Origin: Octopus bimaculoides
Taxonomy: Eukaryota
Direction of reading: 5' to 3'
DNA length: 64,000 nt
Assembly (NCBI RefSeq): GCF_001194135.2
Contig: NC_069000.1
Coordinates: 23,740,738 to 23,804,737 of the forward strand
Of this stretch, positions 12,626-23,944 are shown piece by piece; the first letter of the stretch is position 1, and each line of letters starts with the position of its first letter. The position numbers and the translations under genes are program-made. The notes below the pieces were generated by a model. The model did no database searches. It was not told the origin of the DNA and saw nothing but the letters and a program-made list of their open reading frames with translations.

Positions 12626-13136
12626 GTATACATAATGATTGCTTCATCTTGACTGGTGATAGCTGTCCCATCAACACCCACATACACCACACCCCATCGC
12701 TAAAAACACAATCACTCCCTTGATGAGCCCTTAGATGACCAGCTGCTTAAAACACAAGTGACAGATATTATTCAAGTTCCTTCCATATCTTTGCCCTTTG
12801 GATTCTCAACAATTCAGCTTCTCTGGTTGACATTAAGACACCCACCCCCAATAGGGGCCTTAACTACCACATTTTAGAGCTCCATTACCTCCATTTTTCA
12901 GGAGCAAAATCCTTTTAACAGGTTCCATAAGACTGGAATTTTGGAATCTTCACATAAAGATCAGTAGTATGGGATACATGTGTCATGATTAGAATTTTTT
13001 TAGAGTGTGTAAAGAGGGAAAGAACCCTCATCTGCAATTTTCCAGTTCATTAGAGAAAATATAACAGAAAAGTCTAATTCTTCAATTGCATGTAACACAG
13101 GCAATGCTGGGTATTTCTGCTAGTATTATATATATA

Positions 13137-14562
13137 TCATCATCATCATCATCATTTAACGTCTGCTTTCCATGCTAGCATGGGTTGGATGATTTGACTG
13201 AGGACTGGCAAACCAGATGGCTGCACCAGGCTCCAATCTGATCTGGCAGAGTTTTTACAGCTGGATGTCCTTCCTAACACCAACCACTCTGAGAATGTAG
13301 CAGGTGCTTTTACGTGCCACTGGCAGTACTGTCAACGGCCACACTCAAGTGGTGTATTTTACGTGCCCCCTGCATAGGAGCCAGTCCAGCGGCACTGGCA
13401 ATGACCTTGCTCGAATGTTTTTTCACGTGCCACCAGCACAAGTGCCTGTAAGGCGATGCTGGTAACAATCATGTTCGAATGGTGCTTTTTATGTGCCACC
13501 GGCACGGAAGCCAATCAGCTTCTCTGGCAGTGATCACGCTTTTAGCGCTCCACTGGCATGTGTGCCAGTCATCGAATTTGATTTGATTTTGATTTCACTT
13601 GCCTCAACAGGTTTTTGCAAGTAGAGTTTAGTGTCCAGTGAAGGAAAGGTACGCATAAGTGGGCTGGTTACACCCCTGGCATAGGCCACGTGTTATGGTC
13701 TCACTTGGCTTGCTGGGTCTTCTCACGCACAGCATATTTCCAAAGGTCTCAGTTACTAGTCATTGCCTTGGTGAGGCCTAATGTTCGAATGTCGTGCTTC
13801 ACCACCTCATCCGAGGTCTTCCTGGGTCTACCTCTTCTACAGGTTCCCTCAACCGCTAGGGTGTGGCACTTTTTCACACAACTATCCTAATCCATTCTCG
13901 CCACATGACCATACCAGCGCAGTCGTCTCTCTTGCACACCACATCTGATGCTTCTTAGGTCCAACTTTTCTCTCAAGGTACTTACACTCTGTCGAGTATG
14001 CACACTTACATTACACATCCATCTGAGCATACTGGCTTCATTCCTTGCGAGCTTACACATGTCTTCAGCAGTCATGGCCCATGTTTCACTGCCATGTAGC
14101 ATGGCTGTTCGTACACATGCGTCATACAGTCTGCCTTTTACTCTGAACGAGAGGCCCTTTGTCACCAGCAAAGGTAAGAGGTCTCTGAACTTTGCCCAGG
14201 CTATTCTTATTCTAGCAGCTATACTTTCAGCTACTGATTTGGTCACCTAGGTAACGGAAGCTATCAACTACTTTTAGTTTTTCTCCCTGGAATGTGGTGG
14301 AAGTTGTTCTCTGCACATTTTCAGTGTTTATTGCTCCTGAGCATCTGCCACATACAAAAACTATCTTCCCGGTTAGCCTTCCTTTGATATTGCTGCACCT
14401 CTTATGTGTCCATAGCTTACACTGGGTACATCTTATAGAGTTTCTACCTACGTCTTTTCTACAGATCGAGCAGGGCCATCTACCTGAAGGGATTTGTGGT
14501 TTGTCTTCCTTCTTACTTATTAGGACTTTGGTTTTAGCTAGGTTGACTCTAAGGCCCTTCGA
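13137..14562 (-). mobile_element. RTE LINE (main family), 5'-truncated, with repeat-containing 3' UTR and (GAT)n tail
   Basis: RIRIAWAKFRDLLPLL..KGRLYDACVRTAMLHGSETW..RRLRWYGHV. Tail CCATGCTAGCATGGAAAGCAGACGTTAAATGATGATG. Confidence 0.95.
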
Positions 14563-14591
14563 TATATATATATATATATATATATATTTAG

Positions 14592-14870
14592 GGTGCTTGA
14601 CCTAGTAGTTAGGATGTTGCAGTCACAATCGTGAGGTCATGCTTTCAATTCCTAGATGAGGTGGTCTGTTGTGTTCATGAGCAAAAACAATTCATCTCAC
14701 TTCAACACCTGGCACGTGGTACACTGTGCACTTGTTCAGGCAACATCAATTTGATAGAGAGAGTGTGCTAATGTACAGAACATACATTTGATCACTATAA
14801 ACAAGTCATTTGTGCAGGTTGTTTGGCAAAAAGCTGAACACTCATACATTGTCTTTGATAGGAATGTCCA
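14592..14870 (+). mobile_element. tRNA-derived SINE, head similar to family C, different body
   Basis: TGACCTAGTAGTTAGG (A box)..CACAATCGTGAGGTC..TTTCAATTCC (B box). Confidence 0.55.
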
Positions 14871-15059
14871 TTATATATATGTATGTATATATGTGTATGT
14901 ATATGTATGTGTGTGTGTATAGTTAGATCTCTCACTAAATAACCATGTACCTCCTCTACAGCAAGGCATCTGTTTCTGTCTCTTTGTCACATGCTAACCT
15001 TTCATCATCTGACACAAGATCACCGCCTCCAATTCCCCCTCCCCTCTCAAAGATTACTT

Positions 15060-15315
15060 GTCTTGCAAAGTTACTTGATGATCTTGCCAATGCTGGTGGC
15101 ACTTAAAAAGCATCCAGCTGTAAAAACCATGCCAAAACTGACCTTGCCTATGCTGGTGCCACGATAAAGCACTCAGCCCACTCTGTGGGATGGATGGTGT
15201 TAGGGAGGGCATCCAGCCATAAAAATCATGCCAAGACAAACATAGAAGTCTTCTGCTTGGCCAGCTCTTGTCAAACCATCCAACCCATGCCAGCATGGAA
15301 ACAATGATGATGATA
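15060..15315 (+). mobile_element. RTE-tail-bearing short element (non-autonomous or truncated)
   Basis: gtggcacttaaaaagcatcc..gggcatccagcc..ccaacccatgccagcatggaaacaatgatgatg. Confidence 0.7.
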
Positions 15316-15419
15316 CATACACTCACACACATATATCATATTCATATGTATATGTTGATATATATATAGATATATATGTATGTGTATTACATGTCTATAT
15401 ATTTGTGGGTGATATATAT

Positions 15420-16455
15420 ACTCAAGGCAGGTTAACTAGCAAGTTAGTTTTTGTTTGTGGCAGATGTTCAGGTGCAATAAAGACTGCAAACAAACAGGAA
15501 ACAACCTCTATCTCATTCCAGGGTGAAAAACTAGAGGTAGTCGATAGCTTCCGCTATCTGGGAGACCAAGTTAGTAGTGGGGGTGGGTGCGCTGAAAGTG
15601 TAGCTGCTAGAATAAGAATAGCCTGGGCAAAGTTTAGAGAGCTCTTACCCCTGCTGGCGACAAAGGGACTCTCACTCAGAGTAAAAGGCAGACTGTATGA
15701 CGCATGCGTACGAACAACCATGCTACATGGCAGTGAAACATGGGCTGTAACTGCTGAGGACATACGTAAGCTCGCAAGGAATGANNNNNNNNNNNNNNNN
15801 NNNNNNNNNNNNNNNNNNNNNNNNNNNNNNNNNNNNNNNNNNNNNNNNNNNNNNNNNNNNNNNNNNNNNNNNNNNNNNNNNNNNNNNNNNNNNNNNNNNN
15901 NNNNNNNNNNNNNNNNNNNNNNNNNNNNNNNNNNNNNNNNNNNNNNNNNNNNNNNNNNNNNNNNNNNNNNNNNNNNNNNNNNNNNNNNNNNNNNNNNNNN
16001 NNNNNNNNNNNNNNNNNNNNNNNNNNNNNNNNNNNNNNNNNNNNNNNNNNNNNNNNNNNNNNNNNNNNNNNNNNNNNNNNNNNNNNNNNNNNNNNNNNNN
16101 NNNNNNNNNNNNNNNNNNNNNNNNNNNNNNNNNNNNNNNNNNNNNNNNNNNNNNNNNNNNNNNNNNNNNNNNNNNNNNNNNNNNNNNNNNNNNNNNNNNN
16201 NNNNNNNNNNNNNNNNNNNNNNNNNNNNNNNNNNNNNNNNNNNNNNNNNNNNNNNNNNNNNNNNNNNNGTGCGGGTGACACGTAAAAGCACCCACTACAC
16301 TCTCTGAGTGGTTGGCGTTAGGAAGGGCATCCAGCTGTAGAAACTCTGCCAAATCAGACTGGAGCCTGGTGTTGCCATCCGGTTTCACCAGTCCTCAGTC
16401 AAATCGTCCAACCCATGCTAGCATGGAAAGCGGACGTTAAACGATGATGATGATA
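15420..16455 (+). mobile_element. RTE LINE (main family), 5'-truncated, spanning a gap
   Basis: KLEVVDSFRYLGDQVSSGGGCAESVAARIRIAWAKFRELLPLL..LHGSETW. Canonical tail after the gap. Confidence 0.92.
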
Positions 16456-16497
16456 CTTTGAGTTCTATTTTTCCTCTTTGCATCATCATCATCTCTT

Positions 16498-16548
<51 letters not shown>

Positions 16549-16692
16549 TGTTAAATCTAATTACCCTTTATCTAAATCTCGCTATACCCATCTTTATGCA
16601 CATTCTAAAATTACTCTTATTCTATTTATAGGAGGAGCCCCGGGCTTTCATCTCCTATATAGATGTTTGCTTACTCATTGGTAATGCTTTTT

Positions 16693-16726
<34 letters not shown>

Positions 16727-16799
16727 ATATACATATATATCTATATGTAATTCTTTTCCCAAATAAATTACACTTCATATTCGAGGCTCTGATGAAGCT

Positions 16800-17990
16800 A
16801 TAAGGTGTTGCTCAGACACTCAACTATTTCAAACTCTTGTTTAGGATATGGGGTGGTGTTCACTTCTAGAATGTTATGTCTGGAGCGATGAGCTGTGTTT
16901 GTGACCTTAGCAAGATCTCCAAGTATTGCAAGATTGATGCCATTAATGTTCCACTTAAACTATCGCAAGTCAGTGATTGCAGAACGATGTGCAGGTGATG
17001 AGATTCTAGAAGTTTGATGGTTGATGTGGAAAGACTTGACATATAGGTTAGTGGAGATCCTTGAGATAAAGGGTGGACACATCATCCTTGATAAGAGGAG
17101 AGGAGGTGAGTTGAGGGAGCTTGAGTGAAGGTGACACAAAACCAACCAACTCTGAAGAGTAGAATCTATTGTGATACAATGGAAAAAGCAAGAAGTCTGT
17201 AATGGACTTTATGCCAATCAGTTTAGTGACCTTTCTCTGCATATTGCCTAGGATGTCTCTGAGTATAGCAGCAACACCATCTTAGATATGACAGTAGTAT
17301 TCTTTTGTGATTCTCACTGGAGCTTTGTAGAGGGTCTGTATTTTAAGGGTTGAAGCATTTTCTGGCTCTGCAGAGAAGGGCCAATATTTTTTGAGATGTT
17401 TGAGATGATAAGTTGAGAAAGTGTGTTTGTTAGGAGAGATCTTCATTGACAGAAAGGCTTAGCATTTAGAACAATCAAAAGAACTTCCATTGTATGTTGT
17501 TTATTTTTCAGTAATGTGAGGTACAATGATGTTTTCTTGATATCTATAAGGGCTTTCTTTTTTTTCTCCATTGAAGGAGATAAGGTTGGCTTGAGCCCAT
17601 TTGTGGATGTTTTTAAGGTCTTTGTTCATAGAGTCAGTACAGATTTCGGATAAAGTATCTTAGGTTGCATGTAGAATGAAGGGTGATATCTGCACAAGAG
17701 TGGATGTTTTGGAGATGATGACAAGTAGGTCGTTGATGTGTAGGAGAAAGGGTAACAATCTTGGAGTACTCCAGAGTTGATAGGGTCAGAGAGCTCCATC
17801 AGCACAGGCTGTGATTGTGCAATCTGACAGAAAGCTACCAACACATGAGATAAAAGGCAGATGAAGCCCATAGGCAGGCAATTTTGATAGGAGGCTTGCA
17901 TACCAAACATGGTCGAAAGCTTTTCTGATGTCAAGAGCAATGAGACAACTTTCACTGAAGATAAATGAAGATATAGCATGATGAAGTAGT
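16800..17990 (-). mobile_element. Decayed CR1/Jockey-group LINE, RT to C-terminus
   Basis: Frameshifted ALDIRKAFDHVW..LLSKLP.YG, INSGVLQ and INDLL segments, plus the C-terminal LYHNRFYSSELVGFV segment. Confidence 0.75.
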
Positions 17991-18498
17991 GCATTTCTGT
18001 AATAGACTTAGTATTACAGCTTAACTCTCATTTACTGATTGTTTCATACAGCATACATTCCTGTGTATTTTCTTGCAGTCATTTAAATTTTAACACACTC
18101 GGTGTTCATTCAGAAAAATCGTATATACTTCTCCACTTCTCTAGTAATGGTTAGACTGCCATATGTACTTCTAATTATGAGGTTCAATCTCCACTGCCTT
18201 ATGCTCTTAATTTTTTAACTAATTTAAATTCTGAGAGTTGTTTTTACCAGAACTGGCCAATATAGTAATAATAGTTTTTTCTCATTATAGCACAATTTTA
18301 ATTAATTAAAATATCTCGGCTCACTACATTAAATGTGTTTACATCCATTTTACTGTTTGGTTTTCATGATTCATCTTGTGCCATTTTGCACCAGTAATTC
18401 ATTAGTTTAACAATAACTTCACTTTTACCACTAAAAATGTTGTTAAATAAAATAAAATAATATTATTCAAATATTTTAATTTTTTTTAATTATTGTAC

Positions 18499-18524
18499 TT
18501 TTTTTTCTCTCTCTCTCTCTTCAG
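18499..18524 (+). promoter_or_regulatory. Splice acceptor (polypyrimidine tract + CAG) for a 5' UTR intron of the ZNF gene
   Basis: T-run, then (CT)n, then TTCAG ending at 18524, about 290 nt upstream of the ATG. Confidence 0.65.
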
Positions 18525-18817
18525 ATCCAATTGGTTAAAATGTTGAAATCCCAGACAATCAAAGTAATCCAATATCAGAAAGAAGATTTGAATTTCTTCC
18601 TTCTTGATCCTTTCATCTCAAGAAAGTTAAAGTATACATACAACTGTAAACCGATTTCTGACCATTAAGTTCTTTGGTTTAGAACTGGCATTAAAAAACC
18701 ACAAAATCAAATGGAAAGAAAATTCCTCTTTTTTACCCCTATTATGTATGGCTTCAGGTAGTTTCATACTCTTTCAATATGCCTGAGTGATATGTAATTT
18801 ATTATACTATTCTGCAC

Positions 18818-20539
18818 ATGTGGATCAAAATGGAAGGTTATACCATTACTTCAGTTGAAGACTTTCTTGAGAACAAAGACTATTCTTTTTCCTTACAGAC
18901 AAAGGACAATGATAGCAGTGAATTTGTTTCTGTAGAAGATGAGAGAGCTTCATCACCAGAAGTGATAATTGCTTCAAGTGAAATGTCAAATAGTAAACAA
19001 GTCCATCCATTAAATAAACCGTACCAATGTGACCTCTGTCCGAAAATGTTCACCAAACCATTTTACCTCAATCTCCACAGGAAAGTTCATTCAAAGCCCC
19101 CCAAGGTCTACCAGTGCTTCGAATGCAAAGATATCTTTTCCACTCAAGGAAAGCTGGCACATCATGAGAAATCGATGCATAAAAACAAAGTTGTGTTCCC
19201 TTGTGAGCAGTGTGATCAGGTGTTCCCTCTGTTTCGTGCATATGTGACACACCAGAAAACACACTCGACTGAAAAGTCTCAAAAATGCGACATGTGTGAT
19301 AAAGCTTTTGCATATTCAAGTCAGTTGGCTGCACACATGAGAGTGCATACTGGTGAAAGACCATTTCAGTGTAAGCTTTGCCAGAAAAAGTTCACATATT
19401 CAGGCCATCTCACTGTCCATATGCGTTCTCATACAGGTGACAGACCTTATAAATGTGAACACTGTGGCAAATCTTTCACTCAGTCCAGTGACTTAACACA
19501 TCATGCCAAAATACATTCAGGTGTAAAACCTCATATCTGTGACATTTGTTCCAAGTCTTTTACTCATGCTGGCCAGTTAATTGTTCATCTTCGCAAGCAC
19601 AGTGGTGAACGACCTTATCGGTGTGAACACTGCCATAAAAGTTTTGCTCAGTCCAGTCATTTAACTCTACACATCCGTTCTCACACAGGTGAGAAACCCT
19701 TCAAATGTGACCACTGTGAGAAATCTTTTGTTGACTCTAGCCATTTGGCTGTCCATACTCGAACTCATACTGGTGAGAAACCATTTCAGTGTACATTCCC
19801 AGAGTGCAACCGTTTCTTTGCACGTTCAAGTCAATTAGCAAAGCATAAACGTTGTTGTCGTTATAATATAGACAATACTGATAAGAGAGATGAGAAAGGA
19901 AAACTTCGACCCTATCGTTGCACATTTTGTCCAAAATCATTCATAGATGAGAATCATCTTGATGCCCATACACGAGTGCATACTGGTGAGAGGCCTTTTG
20001 CATGTAACTTCTGTGAAAAGAAATTTGTCCTATCTGCTCACCTCACAACCCACATGCGTGTGCACACTGGCACCAAACCTTTTAAATGTCAAGATTGCTC
20101 AAAAGTATTCACTCAGTCGGGTAATCTAGCTTTACATCGGAAAAGTGCACATTGTGCACAAAAGGAAAACACTGTGCAGAAGAACAAAAGTAAACATAAA
20201 ATCACTGCAGACAATAAATTAGATGAGTGTTTAGATAGAAACATAGTAACCTCGGCTGCACCAGACCAAACTACTGTGACATCTCTCCAACAGGAATTAT
20301 TTGACTCTGATAAGAAGGAAAGCTTAGTGACTCTTGAAGAAGAAATCACCAAATTTTATTCTGAACAGGTTGAATGTCCAAACAGTCCAGTTAGTTACAA
20401 TGGTACTAGTCCATCTGTCTTCCCTAGTAGTATTACTTCTGACCGTTTCTTTGAAGCAGTCAGATTACACCGTAAAGAAAAAATATTGAAAAGAGAGAAG
20501 CAAGATGAAAATATTGATGGAAATAATAATTGTGATTAA
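18818..20539 (+). CDS. C2H2 zinc-finger protein, 573 aa, single coding exon, 13 fingers (12 C2H2 + 1 C2HC)
   Basis: Uninterrupted ORF. 13 C-x2/4-C-x12-H-x3/4-H(C) motifs counted by eye, fingers 4-10 and 11-13 joined by TGE[KR]P-like linkers. Short acidic/Ser-rich N-terminus with no BTB/ZAD/KRAB recognisable. The second ATG (18830, AAAATGG) has the better Kozak context. Confidence 0.95.
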   Translation: MWIKMEGYTITSVEDFLENKDYSFSLQTKDNDSSEFVSVEDERASSPEVIIASSEMSNSKQVHPLNKPYQCDLCPKMFTKPFYLNLHRKVHSKPPKVYQCFECKDIFSTQGKLAHHEKSMHKNKVVFPCEQCDQVFPLFRAYVTHQKTHSTEKSQKCDMCDKAFAYSSQLAAHMRVHTGERPFQCKLCQKKFTYSGHLTVHMRSHTGDRPYKCEHCGKSFTQSSDLTHHAKIHSGVKPHICDICSKSFTHAGQLIVHLRKHSGERPYRCEHCHKSFAQSSHLTLHIRSHTGEKPFKCDHCEKSFVDSSHLAVHTRTHTGEKPFQCTFPECNRFFARSSQLAKHKRCCRYNIDNTDKRDEKGKLRPYRCTFCPKSFIDENHLDAHTRVHTGERPFACNFCEKKFVLSAHLTTHMRVHTGTKPFKCQDCSKVFTQSGNLALHRKSAHCAQKENTVQKNKSKHKITADNKLDECLDRNIVTSAAPDQTTVTSLQQELFDSDKKESLVTLEEEITKFYSEQVECPNSPVSYNGTSPSVFPSSITSDRFFEAVRLHRKEKILKREKQDENIDGNNNCD

Positions 20540-20566
20540 AGACTGAACTGTGAAGCATTTCTTTAA

Positions 20567-20740
20567 CCCTTTAGCATTCAAACTGGCCAGATCTGGCCTC
20601 TCATACCTATCCTGCAATGTCATTCTAAAAATAAGCAATCAGATCATGAAAGTTTTAGCTACAAGTTAATACACAATTAATTCAAAATAATGTGAATAAA
20701 TAAACGTTACATTTGAGAGTGTAATCTGAATGCTAAAGGG
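20567..20740. mobile_element. piggyBac-type MITE, 174 bp, 14-bp perfect TIRs, TTAA TSD
   Basis: TTAA|CCCTTTAGCATTCA (20567-20580) ... TGAATGCTAAAGGG (20727-20740)|TTAA. Confidence 0.9.
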
Positions 20741-21664
20741 TTAACTTTTTTTTTCTCCCTCCCCAATCATCATAACCATCACTGTCCTTGGAATAAATCC
20801 CCAAAATGAAGAAAGCCATATGAAATCCACAAATGATTATTGGATGTTGCCATCAAAAGCCAGTGTTGAACTAAGCTGAACAACATGTTTATTTATTTGA
20901 AACATTTTTTATCATTGATTTGTTTGTAAATTTTTTTTTCTTTACAGGTTTTAGTGTTGAAAACAGTTAATATTTTAAACATTCACTTTTCTTTTCTTTT
21001 GGCAAACTAATTAACTTGTATCCTTGGGGTTTTTTATGTATTTTATTTTTTACACTAATATTCGCTAATGTTATTTTTTTAAACAAAAGTCTTTATTTCT
21101 ATTTTTTCTGATTTAAAATTTTTTTATATAACATGAATTATATTATGAAACTAACATTAATCACAACAACAACAATAATTACCCTCATCATCATTACCAT
21201 CACCACCACCACCACCACAACTATTTAAAATTATTTTATCAAACTAATCAGAAACTGGTATATATCTGCAATTTTGCAATTATAGAATATTCCGAACCAA
21301 TTGTGAAACCAGGGTTTGTTTCTGTCCAATACTTCCTAACTAACAATGGTTTCAATATTTGCTATTTCTATTTCTTGAAATGCCTTCTCTAGTCCTATTT
21401 TTGCCAAATAATAGCTAGTTCCATTTTGAATTAGTTATTTGTACATATTTCTCCACTGTCCACATTATAACTACAAAAGTCCCAAGTCCCTTTGCACCTG
21501 AAGTTACAACTACACCAACAACAAAATAACACCTGTAATACAATGGTATCTCTATATTTACCTCCCATCCTGTGTTAAGTGTTACATTTAAATGTTTCTA
21601 TAGTAAAACATATACAAACATTACAGACACACATACACAGCCATATTGTATATATGTATGTGTA

Positions 21665-21720
<56 letters not shown>

Positions 21721-23239
21721 CACACACAAACAACCAACTTTATGTGTATGAACGGATCACATGTCTGTTAAATACAATGAGTAATCCAAATGTTTGATCA
21801 ATGAAACTACCTTCTCATTGTATTATATAGTGTAAGTGGCTGACTGTTCCTCAGTCAGTTGTACTCTTAACATAATCTTCTGGCAGGCAGAACCAGTGTA
21901 AAACAGTTTGTGACGAGAATAAGCCCCTTGAACCATAAGTACAGTCCATCCAACTGGGCGGGGGTTCACACGATTTTCATCTAACCAGTTTCTCATACAT
22001 AGCTTGTATTGCCCAAGGTGCTATGCATTTGGATTGCACTTGGGTATTCATGTTTGCAAAGTGAATTTCTTAAGCATTCAACTATGGTTGCACTTATTAC
22101 AGTTACTTATATATATGTAGACATACAGATATATAAAAACTTGTAGCTATTTTGTTAAGTAAGAATGGGAAGCATTACTCATAGCCAACGATAGCCAACT
22201 AATTCATCAGATACCAAGGAACTATGTTTCTTTCTACATACACACACACACACACATACGTGATTAATAAATATATAAATATAGCAGCAATATGTTACAA
22301 ACATCTTTTAACTAATCTAAAGTTCATATACATATATATTTAGAAAAAGAAACATAACTGTAAAAGATATCTCTCTTCTTCTTGAACTGTGTGTGTGTGT
22401 GTGTGCGTTCTGAGAAATATAGATAGATATGTATGTGTGTATGCATGGATATCATCATCATCATTGTCATCATTTAATGACCATTTCCCACTTTCTGGCT
22501 GGGGAAGTCATCCAGTGGTTGACATTAAGAAGACACTGGAGCTCAGCACAGCCCTCCTGTTCATCAGTTCCTGTCAAACCCATGCCAGCATGGAAAATGC
22601 TCATTAAATGATGATGAGGATGTATGTTTGTATACATGTGTGTGTGTGTGTGTGCATGTATATATACATGCACAATGAAGTTGGCTCTATTCACACCTGA
22701 GAGTATTTTTGACCCGTGACCAACTCAGATGCGCACATAGACTCAGAGTGTCTTGTAGTGAGTTCACTTTTTGTTGGTTCTCATGAGACTTATATGAACT
22801 TGTTTTCTCTAATCCTGTATTTCAACGTCTTCATTTCAACCCACCTCACCTCGACAATGAACTAAACCACATTTAGAAGTGTTTTTTTTAAACACCTTTT
22901 TTACATACAAACCAGAACAAAACAAAATAAATGATTAAATAAAACACAACAGTCAATGTCTGATTTATCATGTAATGACATATTTAAGAAATATAAAGAT
23001 TCCTTTTGGTAACATGTTTTCATACACAAATAAATTTTGAGGGGTTAATGTGAGCCCCCAAATAACCACTTCTTTTGTTACAAAATTATAACGTTTGTGT
23101 TCTAAAGGAATCTTAAGTCATCCATCCAATCTTATTAAACTTTATGAAAATTCATTTGACTTGTTGTTATTTTTGATAAGACTGAAGAGGATTGTTAAAA
23201 AAAATACAATTTTTTTCATTTTATCTTTAGATATGGTCA

Positions 23240-23390
23240 TAGAAATGGCTGTGTGGTTTACAAATTTGCTTCACAACCATATGGTTCTGGATTCAATCCC
23301 ACTGTGCAACATTTTAGACTAGTGTCACCTTCTCTCAAAGCCTTGGCATCAGTGTCTTCTTAGTGAAATCTAGCATGCAGAAATTGTACA
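23240..23390 (+). mobile_element. SINE family A head/core, degenerate
   Basis: TGGCTGTGTGG..GGTTCTGGATTCAATCCCACTG..caaagccttg. Confidence 0.65.
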
Positions 23391-23701
23391 AAAGCCCACT
23401 GTACACATATATATATATATATACGTGTTTATATCAGCACAGAAGGGGAAAATGGCACAGCCAAACAAGAAGCCCCTGCAATATTCATGTCCATCTGAAT
23501 TATTTCTACCTTGCATTAATATGTTATAAAAACAATGAAATAAGTAAGTATCAGACAAAGTGTTGGATGTTGATAATCAACTAAAACTCTTAAAAAGTGA
23601 TATCCCTACATAGCTGAACTCTAGTGACTGAAACCATCAAAAGAAAGCAATTTTCATATCCAAAATGTTAATTATAAATTTCCATTCTCTCTAGTAATTC
23701 T

Positions 23702-23905
23702 TTCTAATTTTGGCACAAAACCAGCAATTTTAAGGTGGAGTGGAACTCAATTACATCAACCCCAGTACTCAACTGGTACTTATTTTATTGATCCCTAAAG
23801 GATGAAAGGCAAAGTTGACTTCAGCAGCATTTGAACTCAGAACATAAAGAGCCAAGAGAAATGCCATTTAGCATTTTATCCAGTTTGGTAATGATTCTGC
23901 CAGCT
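23702..23905 (-). mobile_element. SINE family B copy
   Basis: Reverse complement of the 40534-40751 element (gactttgcctttcatcc..ataagtaccagttgagtactggg). Confidence 0.75.
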
Positions 23906-23944
23906 ACTACTCAAAAGAGACAGTTAAGTACTTAACAGGTATTT

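Noticed and set aside
16785-16830. CTGATGA at 16789 as a hammerhead core (also CTGAGGCTCGAAAC near 3553 and a weak motif at 376-415)
   Set aside because: The partner half of the core or stems I/III cannot be formed.
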